A stretch of 63,206 nt of DNA, filler included, from Octopus bimaculoides (taxonomy: Eukaryota), in NCBI RefSeq assembly GCF_001194135.2. It is 4 parts of 4 records of this genome, joined end to end, with 100 filler letters (N's around TTAATTAATTAA, not from the genome) between each part and the next. Parts side by side here need not be neighbours in the genome. Positions count along the whole stretch, not along the records: positions 1 to 15,938 come from NC_068982.1; positions 16,039 to 38,930 come from NC_068985.1; 2 more parts are not named here. One strand, written 5' to 3'. Below are positions 12,251 to 23,390 of the stretch, in pieces; the stretch's first letter is position 1, and each line of letters begins with the position of its first letter. The notes below the pieces were generated by a model. It had not been told where the DNA came from, made no database searches, and worked only from the letters and a program-made list of their open reading frames with translations. Position numbers and translations under genes: made by a program.

Positions 12251-12905
12251 AGGTGTGGCTGTGTGGCAGCGCAGGTGTGGCTGTGTGGAGGCGCAGGTGT
12301 GGCTGTATGGTAAGAGCTGGTAGAAACGTTAGCACGCCGGGCGAAATACTTAACAGAATTTCGTCTGTCTTTCTGAGTTCAAATTCCGCCGAGGTTGACT
12401 TAGCCTTTCATCCTTTCGGTGTCGATAAATTAAGTACCAGTTATGCACTAGGGTTGATGTAATCGACTTAATCCGTTTGTCTGTCCTTGTTTGTCCCCTC
12501 TATGTTTAGCCCCTTGTGGGCAATAAAGAAATAAGAAGCTTGCTTCCCAACCACATGGTTCCGGGTTCAGTCCCACTTGGGCAAGTGTCTTCTACTATAG
12601 CCTTGAGCTGACCAAAGCCTTGTGAGTGGATTTGGTAGACAGAAACTGAAAGAAGCCTATCGTATATATATATATATAGATATATAGATATATATATAGA
12701 CGTATATATCTATGTGTGTGTATCTTTGTGCCTGTGTTTGTTACCCCACTTCGCTTGACAACCGGTGTTGGTTGGTTTATATCCCCGTAACTTAGCGGTT
12801 CGGCGAAAGAGACCGATAGAATAAGTACCAGAGGTCGATTTCATCGACTAAAAAGGCGGTGCTACAGCATGGCCACGGTCAAATGACTGAAACAAAGAAA
12901 AGAAT
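12251..12905 (+). mobile_element. SINE family A with triplicated 5' end, carrying a nested family B SINE
   Basis: Three tandem (g)caggtgtggctgt(g/a)tgg units at 12251-12310; the body resumes at 12532 with taagaagcttgcttcccaaccacatgg; tail ends near 12905. Confidence 0.85.
12316..12531 (+). mobile_element. tRNA-derived SINE family B nested in the family A head
   Basis: gctggtagaaacgttagc...gagttcaaattcc...gttgacttagcctttcatcctttcgg.gtcgataaattaagtaccag; 5-bp TSD taaga at 12311 and 12532. Confidence 0.85.
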
Positions 12906-13121
12906 AGAATAATAAAATAATAAATGCACAGTCTCCACGGAGGATTCCAAGTTTGTATATATCAGCTCATGCAGTACCAATTTCAAAGCGAGAATTAACA
13001 ATCATTACTCTAGCTTTAAATTTCAGGCGAAAACTAACAGTACTTTTCTATCTAGGCTCTTACATAATCTAACACGTAGCTCAGTTGCATAAAGCATGAA
13101 ATGGTCCATTGTTACGCATGC

Positions 13122-13292
13122 GGCGAGCTGAGAGAATCGTTAGCAGAATCGTTCTGAGTTCAAATTCCACCGAGGTTGACTGTCTTTTATCCTTTCGGGT
13201 CGATAAATTGAGTACCAGTGAAACACTGGGGTCAATGTAATCGACTAACCCTCTCCCCCAAAATTTTAGGCGTTGTGCCTATATTAGAAAGG
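13122..13292 (+). mobile_element. SINE family B inserted in the PLE GIY-YIG region
   Basis: Same head, B box and central domain as 12316, with an alternative tail (ccccaaaattttaggc.ttgtgcctat). Confidence 0.8.
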
Positions 13293-13890
13293 TTACAACA
13301 ACAAATGCGATCTCGACATTGCAGAAGTCTTATCTATTATTCAAGGAAGAGGCTGCATAAACGAACGAAATGACTTTATTCTTAACTGTAGACATAGATT
13401 ATATAACACATTCTTATGGTATCAATGCTCGTGTCTTACTCCGATAGCCTCATAACTAATCCTCCTACATCCTCTCCACTTTGATTTCTCCTTTGTATTT
13501 ATAACAGTACCTTTTAGCATTATTTTATATATTTCCTTTACTTTGTGGTCTCCTTATGTTTTCTTCTCTCCGCCTTTCTCTTTTTATACCCAATAATTCA
13601 TTTATATTTATTTATTTTTCCTTCTCTCCCTTTTCCTTCTCCCTTTTTTCTGAATCCCCCTTTTCCCCTTTCTTTTCCCCTTTTTAACTTTTTCTCTTCC
13701 TTTTCTCTTTATTTCTTGTTTTCTTTACGTTCTTTTTGCTCCCCTCATAGATACACGTATGTACTTGCACACTTACAGCTTGTATGGCTAGATATATGCA
13801 TGTTTTTTAAAAAAAATATATATGTAGAAGCGCGTGTGTATGCGGGTGGAACCTTGCTTCCATCCTTGGGTACTTAGGCATATTTGTATT

Positions 13891-14220
13891 GCGCATAGCT
13901 CAGTGGTTAGAGTGTCGGGCTCACAATCACGAAATAGTGAGTTCGATTCCTGGGCCGGGCTACATGTGTTTTTGAACAAGACACTTTATTTCACGTTGCT
14001 CCAGTTCACCCAGCGGTAGAAATGCGTTGCGACGTCACTGGTGCCAAGCTGTATTGGCCTTTGCATTTCCCTTAGATGACATCCGTGGCGTGGAGCAGGG
14101 AGTTTGGTATGCACAAGCTACTGCTAGTCTTCCATCAACAACCTTGCCCGGACATGTGCCTTGGAGGGTAACTTTCTAGCTACAATCCCATGGTGAGTCA
14201 TGACCGAAGGGGGGCTCTTT
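13891..14220 (+). mobile_element. tRNA-derived SINE family C
   Basis: A-box tagctcagtgg, B-box gagttcgattcc, core-like gaacaagacactttatttcacgttgctccag; an inverted copy lies at 44455-44783. Confidence 0.8.
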
Positions 14221-14755
14221 ACAGACGAATGTCTACATGCTGTAGCCGCACGCCCGGTCATGGCATGTAGACATTTTTTGCGTATGTGCGCGTACGTAGG
14301 TGCGTCTGCGCACATATATGCTTCAGTTGGTACCACAGGTGCGAAGTCTGAGTGCACGTATGTACATGGATGGTGCGAATGTGTATGTTTGCTGTGACGC
14401 AGACCAACGGTCAACAACACCAGCATCAACTATCCTCGAGGAAATGAATATCTTTACCTATCCCAGTTAAACATTTATAACAATCATTCTTTCTCCTTAA
14501 CGACAGCAACTACTTACTACCTCCCCGCCCCACTTTCTTTTTCCTCTCCTTTTCTTCATTCCTAGCAACATTATGATTCCCACTTCCACATATTTGACCT
14601 CATCCTTTCCTTTTCTTCTTGACCGTTTTATTTCTTCAAGCATTTTTTTTTTTATTCCCTTCCGGTTTCATCACTCATTTCAACTCGCATCTGCGGTGAG
14701 TTAACTTGGGAATCCCAAGCGACAATGTAACCTTATACATAATTAAGGTATTCTC

Positions 14756-14839
14756 GGCCTGATGAATAGCTAAGTTGAGTACTCCTAGTTGAGTAATTAT
14801 TACATGAGAAGGTTAGCTAGCGGAGAAACTTATGTAGCC
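14756..14839 (+). ncRNA. Hammerhead-like motif with long stem II in the PLE 3' pLTR (second copy on the minus strand at 9696-9779)
   Basis: ggc-CTGATGA-a-tagctaa..ttagcta-gcgga-GAAAC-ttat-GT-A-gcc. The other copy has a palindromic acatatgt stem III but the core mutated to CTGATAA. Confidence 0.45.
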
Positions 14840-15106
14840 CGGATTTTATTCGTTCCGCGCCCTCAATTCCGATTTTTATTTGCATTCATAGCAACTGAAG
14901 TTGCTAACCGTAAGCTATACAGAAACTTTCAGCTTATCGAATTTCCTCGTTACTTTGATATGGGAAAATGTGTGTTACCTTCCATGCCAATAAATTTTTA
15001 TTATTCCTGAACGTACGTGGTCCATTTTTTGTTTTCCATGCATACCACGGACTTCTTGAAGCTTACATACTTCCTACACTTGAATACCGGAGTCGTGCTT
15101 CTATTT

Positions 15107-15137
<31 letters not shown>

Positions 15138-15602
15138 NNNNNNNNNNNNNNNNNNNNNNNNNNNNNNNNNNNNNNNNNNNNNNNNNNNNNNNNNNNNNNN
15201 NNNNNNNNNNNNNNNNNNNNNNNNNNNNNNNNNNNNNNNNNNNNNNNNNNNNNNNNNNNNNNNNNNNNNNNNNNNNNNNNNNNNNNNNNNNNNNNNNNNN
15301 NNNNNNNNNNNNNNNNNNNNNNNNNNNNNNNNNNNNNNNNNNNNNNNNNNNNNNNNNNNNNNNNNNNNNNNNNNNNNNNNNNNNNNNNNNNNNNNNNNNN
15401 NNNNNNNNNNNNNNNNNNNNNNNNNNNNNNNNNNNNNNNNNNNNNNNNNNNNNNNNNNNNNNNNNNNNNNNNNNNNNNNNNNNNNNNNNNNNNNNNNNNN
15501 NNNNNNNNNNNNNNNNNNNNNNNNNNNNNNNNNNNNNNNNNNNNNNNNNNNNNNNNNNNNNNNNNNNNNNNNNNNNNNNNNNNNNNNNNNNNNNNNNNNN
15601 NN

Positions 15603-15938
15603 GGTAAGAAGCTTGCTTCCCAATCACATGGTTTCGGATTCAGTCCCACTGCGTGGCACCTTGGGCAAGTGTCTTCTACTATAGCCTCGGGCCGACCAAA
15701 GCCTTGTGACTGGATTTGGTAGACGGAAACTGAAAGAAGCCTGTCGTATATTATATGTATGTGTGTGTATATGTTTCTGTGTCTGTGTTTGTCCCCCAAC
15801 ATCGCTTGACAACCGATGCTAGTGTATTTACGTCCCCGTAACTTAGCGGTTCGGCAAAATAGACCGATTGAATACGTACTAGGCTTACAAAGAATAAGTC
15901 CTAGGGTCGACTTGCTCGACTAAAGGAAGTGCTCCAGC
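15603..15938 (+). mobile_element. SINE family A, cut by gaps on both sides
   Basis: ggtaagaagcttgcttccc...ggcaccttgggcaagtgtc...gcggttcggc...gtgctccagc. Confidence 0.85.
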
Positions 15939-16038
15939 NNNNNNNNNNNNNNNNNNNNNNNNNNNNNNNNNNNNNNNNNNNNTTAATTAATTAANNNNNN
16001 NNNNNNNNNNNNNNNNNNNNNNNNNNNNNNNNNNNNNN
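15939..16038. other. Artificial assembly join (44 N + TTAATTAATTAA + 44 N)
   Basis: Exact 100-bp spacer; the 12-mer has stop codons in all six frames; identical spacers at 38931 and 60756. Confidence 0.95.
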
Positions 16039-16094
<56 letters not shown>

Positions 16095-16229
16095 TTTTTT
16101 ATTATATTATTATTTTATATTATTATTTCTTATATTTAATTGCTTATGTTATGATTTTATTTACTCCATGTAGCAGACCTTGTGGACACCTTGTAGATAG
16201 ATAGATAGATTGATAGATAGATAGATAGG

Positions 16230-16301
<72 letters not shown>
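16039..16301. repeat. (TAG)n and (GATA)n microsatellites
   Basis: Direct reading: (TAG)n 16039-16093, (GATA)n 16195-16301. Confidence 0.95.
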
Positions 16302-16303
<2 letters not shown>

Positions 16304-18059
16304 TTTTACATCTAGGCAGATATACTACGAGCAATGTTCAAATTAAGACTTCCCTAACATACTGAATATTAGGAACGATCTGGAATCGATGTGAATAAAC
16401 AATTATAGATGTGCTCTTTACGATTGGTAATTCCTGAGTTCACTTCGAATGATCGTATGTAAAATTCCAGAGTATATTAGATAGACGTAAAGAATGGAGA
16501 AGTTTACATATTTAATTAAATATTTCCAACTTCTAAAATTCCCAGACGTGTTTCTGTGTAATAAGTGTCTTAGGGTCCTTAGATGTGATGAATCCGTGCA
16601 TGTAAGTGATTTATATTAAATAAATAATAGTAAAAATCCCGATAAAAAGATTGACATTTTTATTATACAACTTTTTTTAAAGGTGTGCCATATACGGGTG
16701 AGTGAAGTGAACTGAAGTTTGTAGTATCAAAGGTAAACTTCTTACATCAAATGTGGTGGAGGAGACGGAATAAAGTAGAAGATAAAAGATGGGTGCGTGG
16801 TAAAATGCGAAGAAACGCCACAACTACTCAGTATCTTCCGCGAGCGATTTTTCTAGGCGCACTTCTGGCTCTTTAGCTTTCCTCAGAATGAGATAACGAA
16901 GAGAGATTACTCGAGTAGATTCTAAAGCTGTAGCTTTCACTCAAAGCAATCAACTGAGTTACGACCGCGGACCGTCCAGCCGAAATCGATACAATGGTAT
17001 GAACACAAAGCTGTGATGAGAAATATACGAACTTCAGGTTAGTTAAAATGTGTTTGTAGCATATTTTAATTTCTAAAGGCAAATTCACTGTAGTTACCGA
17101 GGAGAAAACATTATCGCTTGTTAAAACAGCTTTTCTCTTTCATATATCATTGTTTATTTTTTTGTGTGTTTTCACTATAACTTCACAGCATATATTGTCA
17201 TTTCCAATGACAAAAATGTAGCTTAGAAAGACAGCACAAGCTCCACTTTCACATGTGTCTTCAGTATTCCTACTAATAATCCTCTTAATATAAAAGCCTT
17301 TTGAAAGCAGTCAACCACTGTGCTAAAATCTTAATATCCACTTGCCTCTTCCTAAATCATATATTAGGCCAATTAGAAGTTCTTTTAAAGTAAAGTTCTA
17401 TCAGCATAAACATACCTTTCAGAAGCATAAAGAAAATCATTGAAATCATTTTTACTTTCTTATGTTGTAATGTTTTTATTTCAAGTACGCAAAAGTGTCA
17501 TTTTCCACTTTCGAACAAAATATATAGACGTCATATTTTATCAACCAATAATATCTTTTTTGTTATTTCCCATTACCAAGCCATTTTTCATTATACGTTT
17601 CAAAATCTTCTCCATATACTTTCTAAATATTAAATTACATTGTTCTTCCATTGTTCATAAATATCCGAAGGTCGACAACAAGAAAATAGAAAGAAATGTT
17701 TTGTGGAAGTTCTACTTCAGTTTCTAATATCGAATACCACTTACTCTTTCTTATTTACATTCAGATTTATGCACTTATATGTTCTTTTACTTCTTCCAGT
17801 CATTGAAATGCTGCCATTCTGGAGCAATACCTTAAGAAATGCAGTCGATCAAATCTTAATGCATACATTTTTTAAAGTCTGATACGTAATCTGTCGATCT
17901 ACTCTTCTCGAACTAAATTACGGGAACAAAAGCAAATCAACTCCGGTAGTTATGTCATGATGTGTATACACAAACATAAAAATGCACACACATTCATGTA
18001 TATATATGCATACATTTATATAAGTGTGTCTGTGCGCATGTACGTATAAACACACACAC

Positions 18060-18109
<50 letters not shown>

Positions 18110-19137
18110 CTCCCATACCTGTCATCTCTTATGTCCCTGCCGTATGGCTTCACTTCCACATATGCCAGCTTAATTTAATTCGTCCTTAGTCGAAAGAAAT
18201 CTGTTGTTAATGTCCTGTAATTTGCATTTGAATTTGTGTACCAGTTCTCCGTTTTTTTCGTCCTTGTTTTCGTATACATTCGCTGCTTCCTTCTATGGAA
18301 TCTAATGCTCTTAGTTTAGTTTTTCCTTGAGGCTGACCAGATCGGAGCAATATCGAGTATAACCAGCCGAAATTGCAAACATAATCTGGAACTCGACTGT
18401 GGAAAGAAAACACCGAATGACTTGACCTTGTTTTTTCTTGTCGCTTTTTTTTTTTGTATCATCTGTCTGGATGTTTTGTTGTCCCTTTTTTGAATCATCT
18501 AACTGTCTGGATGGTTTGCGTTTTTGTCCCATTTTTTGCATTCCTATATATATATATATATATNNNNNNNNNNNNNNNNNNNNNNNNNNNNNNNNNNNNN
18601 NNNNNNNNNNNNNNNNNNNNNNNNNNNNNNNNNNNNNNNNNNNNNNNNNNNNNNNNNNNNNNNNNNNNNNNNNNNNNNNNNNNNNNNNNNNNNNNNNNNN
18701 NNNNNNNNNNNNNNNNNNNNNNNNNNNNNNNNNNNNNNNNNNNNNNNNNNNNNNNNNNNNNNNNNNNNNNNNNNNNNNNNNNNNNNNNNNNNNNNNNNNN
18801 NNNNNNNNNNNNNNNNNNNNNNNNNNNNNNNNNNNNNNNNNNNNNNNNNNNNNNNNNNNNNNNNNNNNNNNNNNNNNNNNNNNNNNNNNNNNNNNNNNNN
18901 NNNNNNNNNNNNNNNNNNNNNNNNNNNNNNNNNNNNNNNNNNNNNNNNNNNNNNNNNNNNNNNNNNNNNNNNNNNNNNNNNNNNNNNNNNNNNNNNNNNN
19001 NNNNNNNNNNNNNNNNNNNNNNNNNNNNNNNNNNNNNNNNNNNNNNNNNNNNNNNNNNNNNNNNNNNNNNNNNNNNNNNNNNNNNNNNNNNNNNNNNNNN
19101 NNNNNNNNNNNNNNNNNNNNNNNNNNNNNNNNNNNNN

Positions 19138-19210
<73 letters not shown>

Positions 19211-19765
19211 AGAGAGGGAGGGAGGGAGAGAGAGAAGGATGCATACAGATACACACGTACATATTGGTGTGCACGCGTTTGCTCATAATAGTGTTCTTAG
19301 GTATCTATTAGTGTTACGTTAGATGTACATCTATTGCAGATATGAACATAAAATAACAACGTTGTCGAGAAAATAAAACAAAGAACAGAGAGCAACTAGA
19401 AGAAGACAATGTCATTCAGGAGGCGAAAAAGCAGCTGGGTGAAGGAACGGGAGATATAAATTCATAATGAGTTATGTGAAAGCTACGTTGACAATATTAA
19501 AAGCGAATGAAATGTTGATGACAGCTTGATTTCATTGTAAAATTGGAGACGACTTGATACTTGAAGTGGCATCCGAAGCTAATGTTACTGATGGTTTCGT
19601 ACCAGTCATAAATGTTAACACATGTTGACACGTATTATCAAGGATGATTATAGATAGAGGAAACATAGATACGTAGAAATGCATCTGTTACTGCGTACAT
19701 ATATGTATATGAGTGTAAATTCATATATATGCATGTATATACGTTTGTATCTATCGCTCTGTCTG

Positions 19766-19850
<85 letters not shown>

Positions 19851-20033
19851 GTACATATACCTAAATGATTGAATATATCTATATCTATCTGTACATGTAC
19901 GCGTCCCCCACCATATATATGTATGTATATGTGTGTATATATATATATAAGTCTGTGTTTGTAAGAATACACACAAGTTCACGTATGTATACACATTTAA
20001 ACATATGGCCCACCGTACCACACGCATGCCCAT

Positions 20034-20077
<44 letters not shown>

Positions 20078-22298
20078 ATGCACACACACACACACACTAA
20101 TGAAAACACACGCATTTTTAGTGGATTCTGTCCTACGAACTGAGACATCATGTGACACACGCATCATAGACGTACGCACATACAAGGATATTAAACATAC
20201 AGACTACATACACAGACACACTCTGATACATTTAATGTTTATCTGTTCCATAGTTAAAAGAATAAAGATCACATAAATGAAGACTGACAGCCGTAGCAAC
20301 TTAACCTAACGAATGGAAGAAATTACCAAGGGTCATATTCTGCAAGGAGAAAAAACTGAGTGCTAACATACGTAAAGTAGTTGACCATAAATCGATTTTA
20401 ATTAGTTCAGTGTAAACGCTTAATGAGAAGAAGTCTTTGGTTTCAGTGACTAGTTCCAGTCAACAGAGATAAGTAAGACGAGAGTGAAATTCAAGTTAAT
20501 TGAAGAATGTCTAGAAGCATATAGTACTTGGGGAGGCATTTTCGAACAGTGTTTTGGCCTGTTGATAGTTCTTCACTCAAAATATATCTATCACATAGTC
20601 GTCTATAAACCTGCATGTACCGAAGAGAGGAAACATATGGACATGTTAACATACATACCAAATATCTCGGTCTCCGATCACGTCACCCCCACAGCATGCT
20701 CCCATTTATGATTTTTAACTAATTCTGGTAATTGGAGTTATCTTTCTTTATTTTCCTGATTATGATTCCTCATAGAAGCTATTGTTTTCTTTTTCCCCTC
20801 GCATGTTCCAGGTTCCCGACATTAAATAAGTATATTCGCATTTTATTATGTTTAACACAACTCTAGGTAGCCTGAAATGTATAAAGTTTCGGCTCCACAC
20901 TATACGCAATCACACTCAGATGTTTCACACACAGACGTCACATGCTCGCATATACGCACATGCGCACATGCAAGGAAGTGATGAAAATTCTCTGGATACG
21001 AGTAAACTAAAATACAGGCGGATCAGTTAATTGTGATTTCACTCAACATGTTCCCCTCTCAGATTCACACACTAGCGTCCCATTCTGAGAGGAGAGTTGT
21101 TATATCATTTACTTATACACCAGGAAACCGGGTAACTGCTCCCATGAGTCACATGACTTGTCTTGTACTTAACTTCCCACAGTCTCAAAGATCTTGTAAA
21201 GAGTCATGGGAAATATTATGTCACTTGAGTAATCGATAAAATAGCGTTACGTCATGGTCTTCTGATTTTGTTGTCACTTATCCATCGGTTGTCTGATTCT
21301 TATCTTCCCTCCCTTTTCCTTTCCTTTCATTCTTTTTCTAGCTCTCTTCTTTGATTTTGTTTTAGTTTTTTCATAGATTCGTTATATTTACTCAGATTTT
21401 TCTCCTACCCATCTCTCGCACCTTCTTCTGTTCAGTCTATTTCTTTTGTTATATTTTATCGTATTTTATCCGCTCTCAGACTATTTGATTTTTATGTTCA
21501 TATTCATTTTATGAATTTATTTTCTATTCTTTCTTACCTTTACCACCCATCCTGTCTATCCAATGTACTATCCCTCTTTCTCTCTCTACCCCTTTTTCTC
21601 TCTCTCCTCTTCTTTCTCTCTCTCTCTCTCTCTCCCTCATACCCCACAACACACATACACACATATATATATGTATATGTGTTCCTTTATCTTTCATCTT
21701 TATCTTTTCTCTTTCAACCTGCGTTTCATTCTGTCTGACAACCTTTCATTCATTCGTCTGTTCTTTATCTTTTATTTCAGTATGTATTTTCAAGAAATAT
21801 TTTTTCATTCTATCCCTTTCCTTTCTCTTTCATTTATCGATTCCTTCATTCATATTTTGCACAAGTCTTTCAAACACTATATATTTCATTCTTTCTTCAA
21901 CATTCTGCCAATAGCTCATTCGTATAGTTTTTTGATATTATTCAACATTCTTATTGCCACAATTCATACATATCTCCTTTCTTTCCTGCCGTTGCCAATC
22001 CCACCACTACCACCACATGGTCTACCGACCACTTTCTATGTGTGTATGTATATATATATATATATATNNNNNNNNNNNNNNNNNNNNNNNNNNNNNNNNN
22101 NNNNNNNNNNNNNNNNNNNNNNNNNNNNNNNNNNNNNNNNNNNNNNNNNNNNNNNNNNNNNNNNNNNNNNNNNNNNNNNNNNNNNNNNNNNNNNNNNNNN
22201 NNNNNNNNNNNNNNNNNNNNNNNNNNNNNNNNNNNNNNNNNNNNNNNNNNNNNNNNNNNNNNNTATATATCTATATATCTGTGTGTGTGTGTGTGTGT

Positions 22299-22452
22299 AG
22301 GCGCCGGTGTGGTCGGGTGATAAGAAGCTTGCATTCCAAGCACAAGGTTCCCGGTTCAGTTCTACTCCGTGGCACCTTGGGTGAGTATCTTCCACTATGG
22401 CATCGGGCTTGTGAGTGGATTTGGTATACGGAAAGGGAAAGAAGCCCGTCGT
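22299..22452 (+). mobile_element. SINE family A, 5' half
   Basis: Head and core (ggcaccttgggtgagtatcttccactat), ending at gaagcccgtcg. Confidence 0.75.
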
Positions 22453-22826
22453 ATATAAAATCCACTTACTTTCAACCTGAAACTATTCGGTTCCAAAGAG
22501 AGATTCTTAAACATATATCTTGTTTATTCCCAGCTTATCCTTTTATTTATTTTATTCTCATCCCTTTCCTCTAATTTTCTGTTACTTGTTCACTTTTTAT
22601 CTTCTTTCTATGCCATACATCCCAACAATTTGCTTCTATTTTACATTTGCTCCTGTAAAACTTCATTTCCGAAACTCTAACTAGGCACAATAGGTTGTAA
22701 CCTTCATGCAAAACAGTACTACGGTTATTTGGAGTTAAATCCTTTAAACACATATACAACTTGATGCAAGTTGTCAGATTAGTGTACAGCGACAATCACA
22801 TCGGTCGGTTGTTTTACTAACAATTA

Positions 22827-23390
22827 AGGCGGCAATCTGTGGAACTTTTAACACGCTGGGCAAAATGCTTAGCAGTATTTCGGCCGCCATTATGTTCTGA
22901 GTTCAAATTCCGCTTAGGTTGGCTTTGCCTTTCATCCTATCGGAGTTGATGATGAAATAAGGAAAAGTTGATCCCTTGAGTAGATGAAATCGACAAGGCT
23001 CGTCGCACAAAATTTCAGGCTTTGTGCCTGTCGTAGAAAGGATTATTCTACTGACACTTTAGACAATGAGCTGGTAAAGCCGTTAGCACCTCGGACTTAC
23101 AGGCATTTTGTCCGTCTTTTATGTTCTGAGCTCAAATTTCCCAGTGGTTAACTTTGCCTTTCATCTTGCTGAGTTGGTAAAATATGTACCAGTAATGAAC
23201 TGGGGTCGACACGATCGATTATCCCCTTAACTCAAGTTGTTTACCCTGTGGCAAAATTTGAAACAAACATAATTAAAGGTTGTGAGCTGGAAGAATCGTT
23301 GCCACGAAATATGTACCAGTCAAATAACGGGGTGAATCTAGTCGACTTCCCCTTCTCCTCAAAATAGCTGTCCCTGTGTTTCGAACCATT
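22827..23390 (+). mobile_element. Cluster of three degraded family B SINEs in tandem
   Basis: Copies at ~22827-23046, ~23065-23275 and a partial one at ~23277-23390; gttctgagttcaaatt and ctttgcctttcatc motifs recur. Confidence 0.7.

Larger units (their letters stand above)
10140..13455 (+). pseudogene. Penelope-like reverse transcriptase and GIY-YIG endonuclease pseudogene (in pieces)
   Basis: 10140-10445 LNRWTNNTNAIEWF...IDQYYSSVS.ILLNKGL; 11143-11780 GGLYKDD..RKKIRSFFKNVGL..NFFDVT..FYPY..RRRDVFWF..LLEKHFP..LRKIFN; ~12200-12250 CP..EDKCLAKNIVY; 12921-13120 CTV..YISSCSTNFKARINNHYSSF..NSTFLSR..KWSIV; 13293-13455 KCDL..INERNDF..CRH. Contains stops and frameshifts. Confidence 0.8.
9661..14874 (+). 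mobile_element. Fossil Penelope-like element: inverted 5' pLTR, 5'-truncated RT + GIY-YIG ORF, 3' pLTR; interrupted by a MITE and four SINEs
   Basis: 9661-10130 is the reverse complement of 14399-14874 (~470 bp, diverged), and PLE ORF pieces lie between them on the + strand. Confidence 0.8.

Noticed and set aside
15983-15994. TTAATTAATTAA palindrome recurring three times
   Set aside because: It is an assembly linker centred in N runs, not a biological motif.
19340-19630. Protein-like stretches (RRRKSSWVKERE), possibly a Harbinger-type remnant
   Set aside because: Too degraded, with no TIRs or catalytic motif.
20480-21240. Short open frames behind acceptor-like sites (VYRRLCDRYILSEEL on minus; IHTLASHSERRV on plus)
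   Set aside because: No recognisable family and no consistent exon chain.
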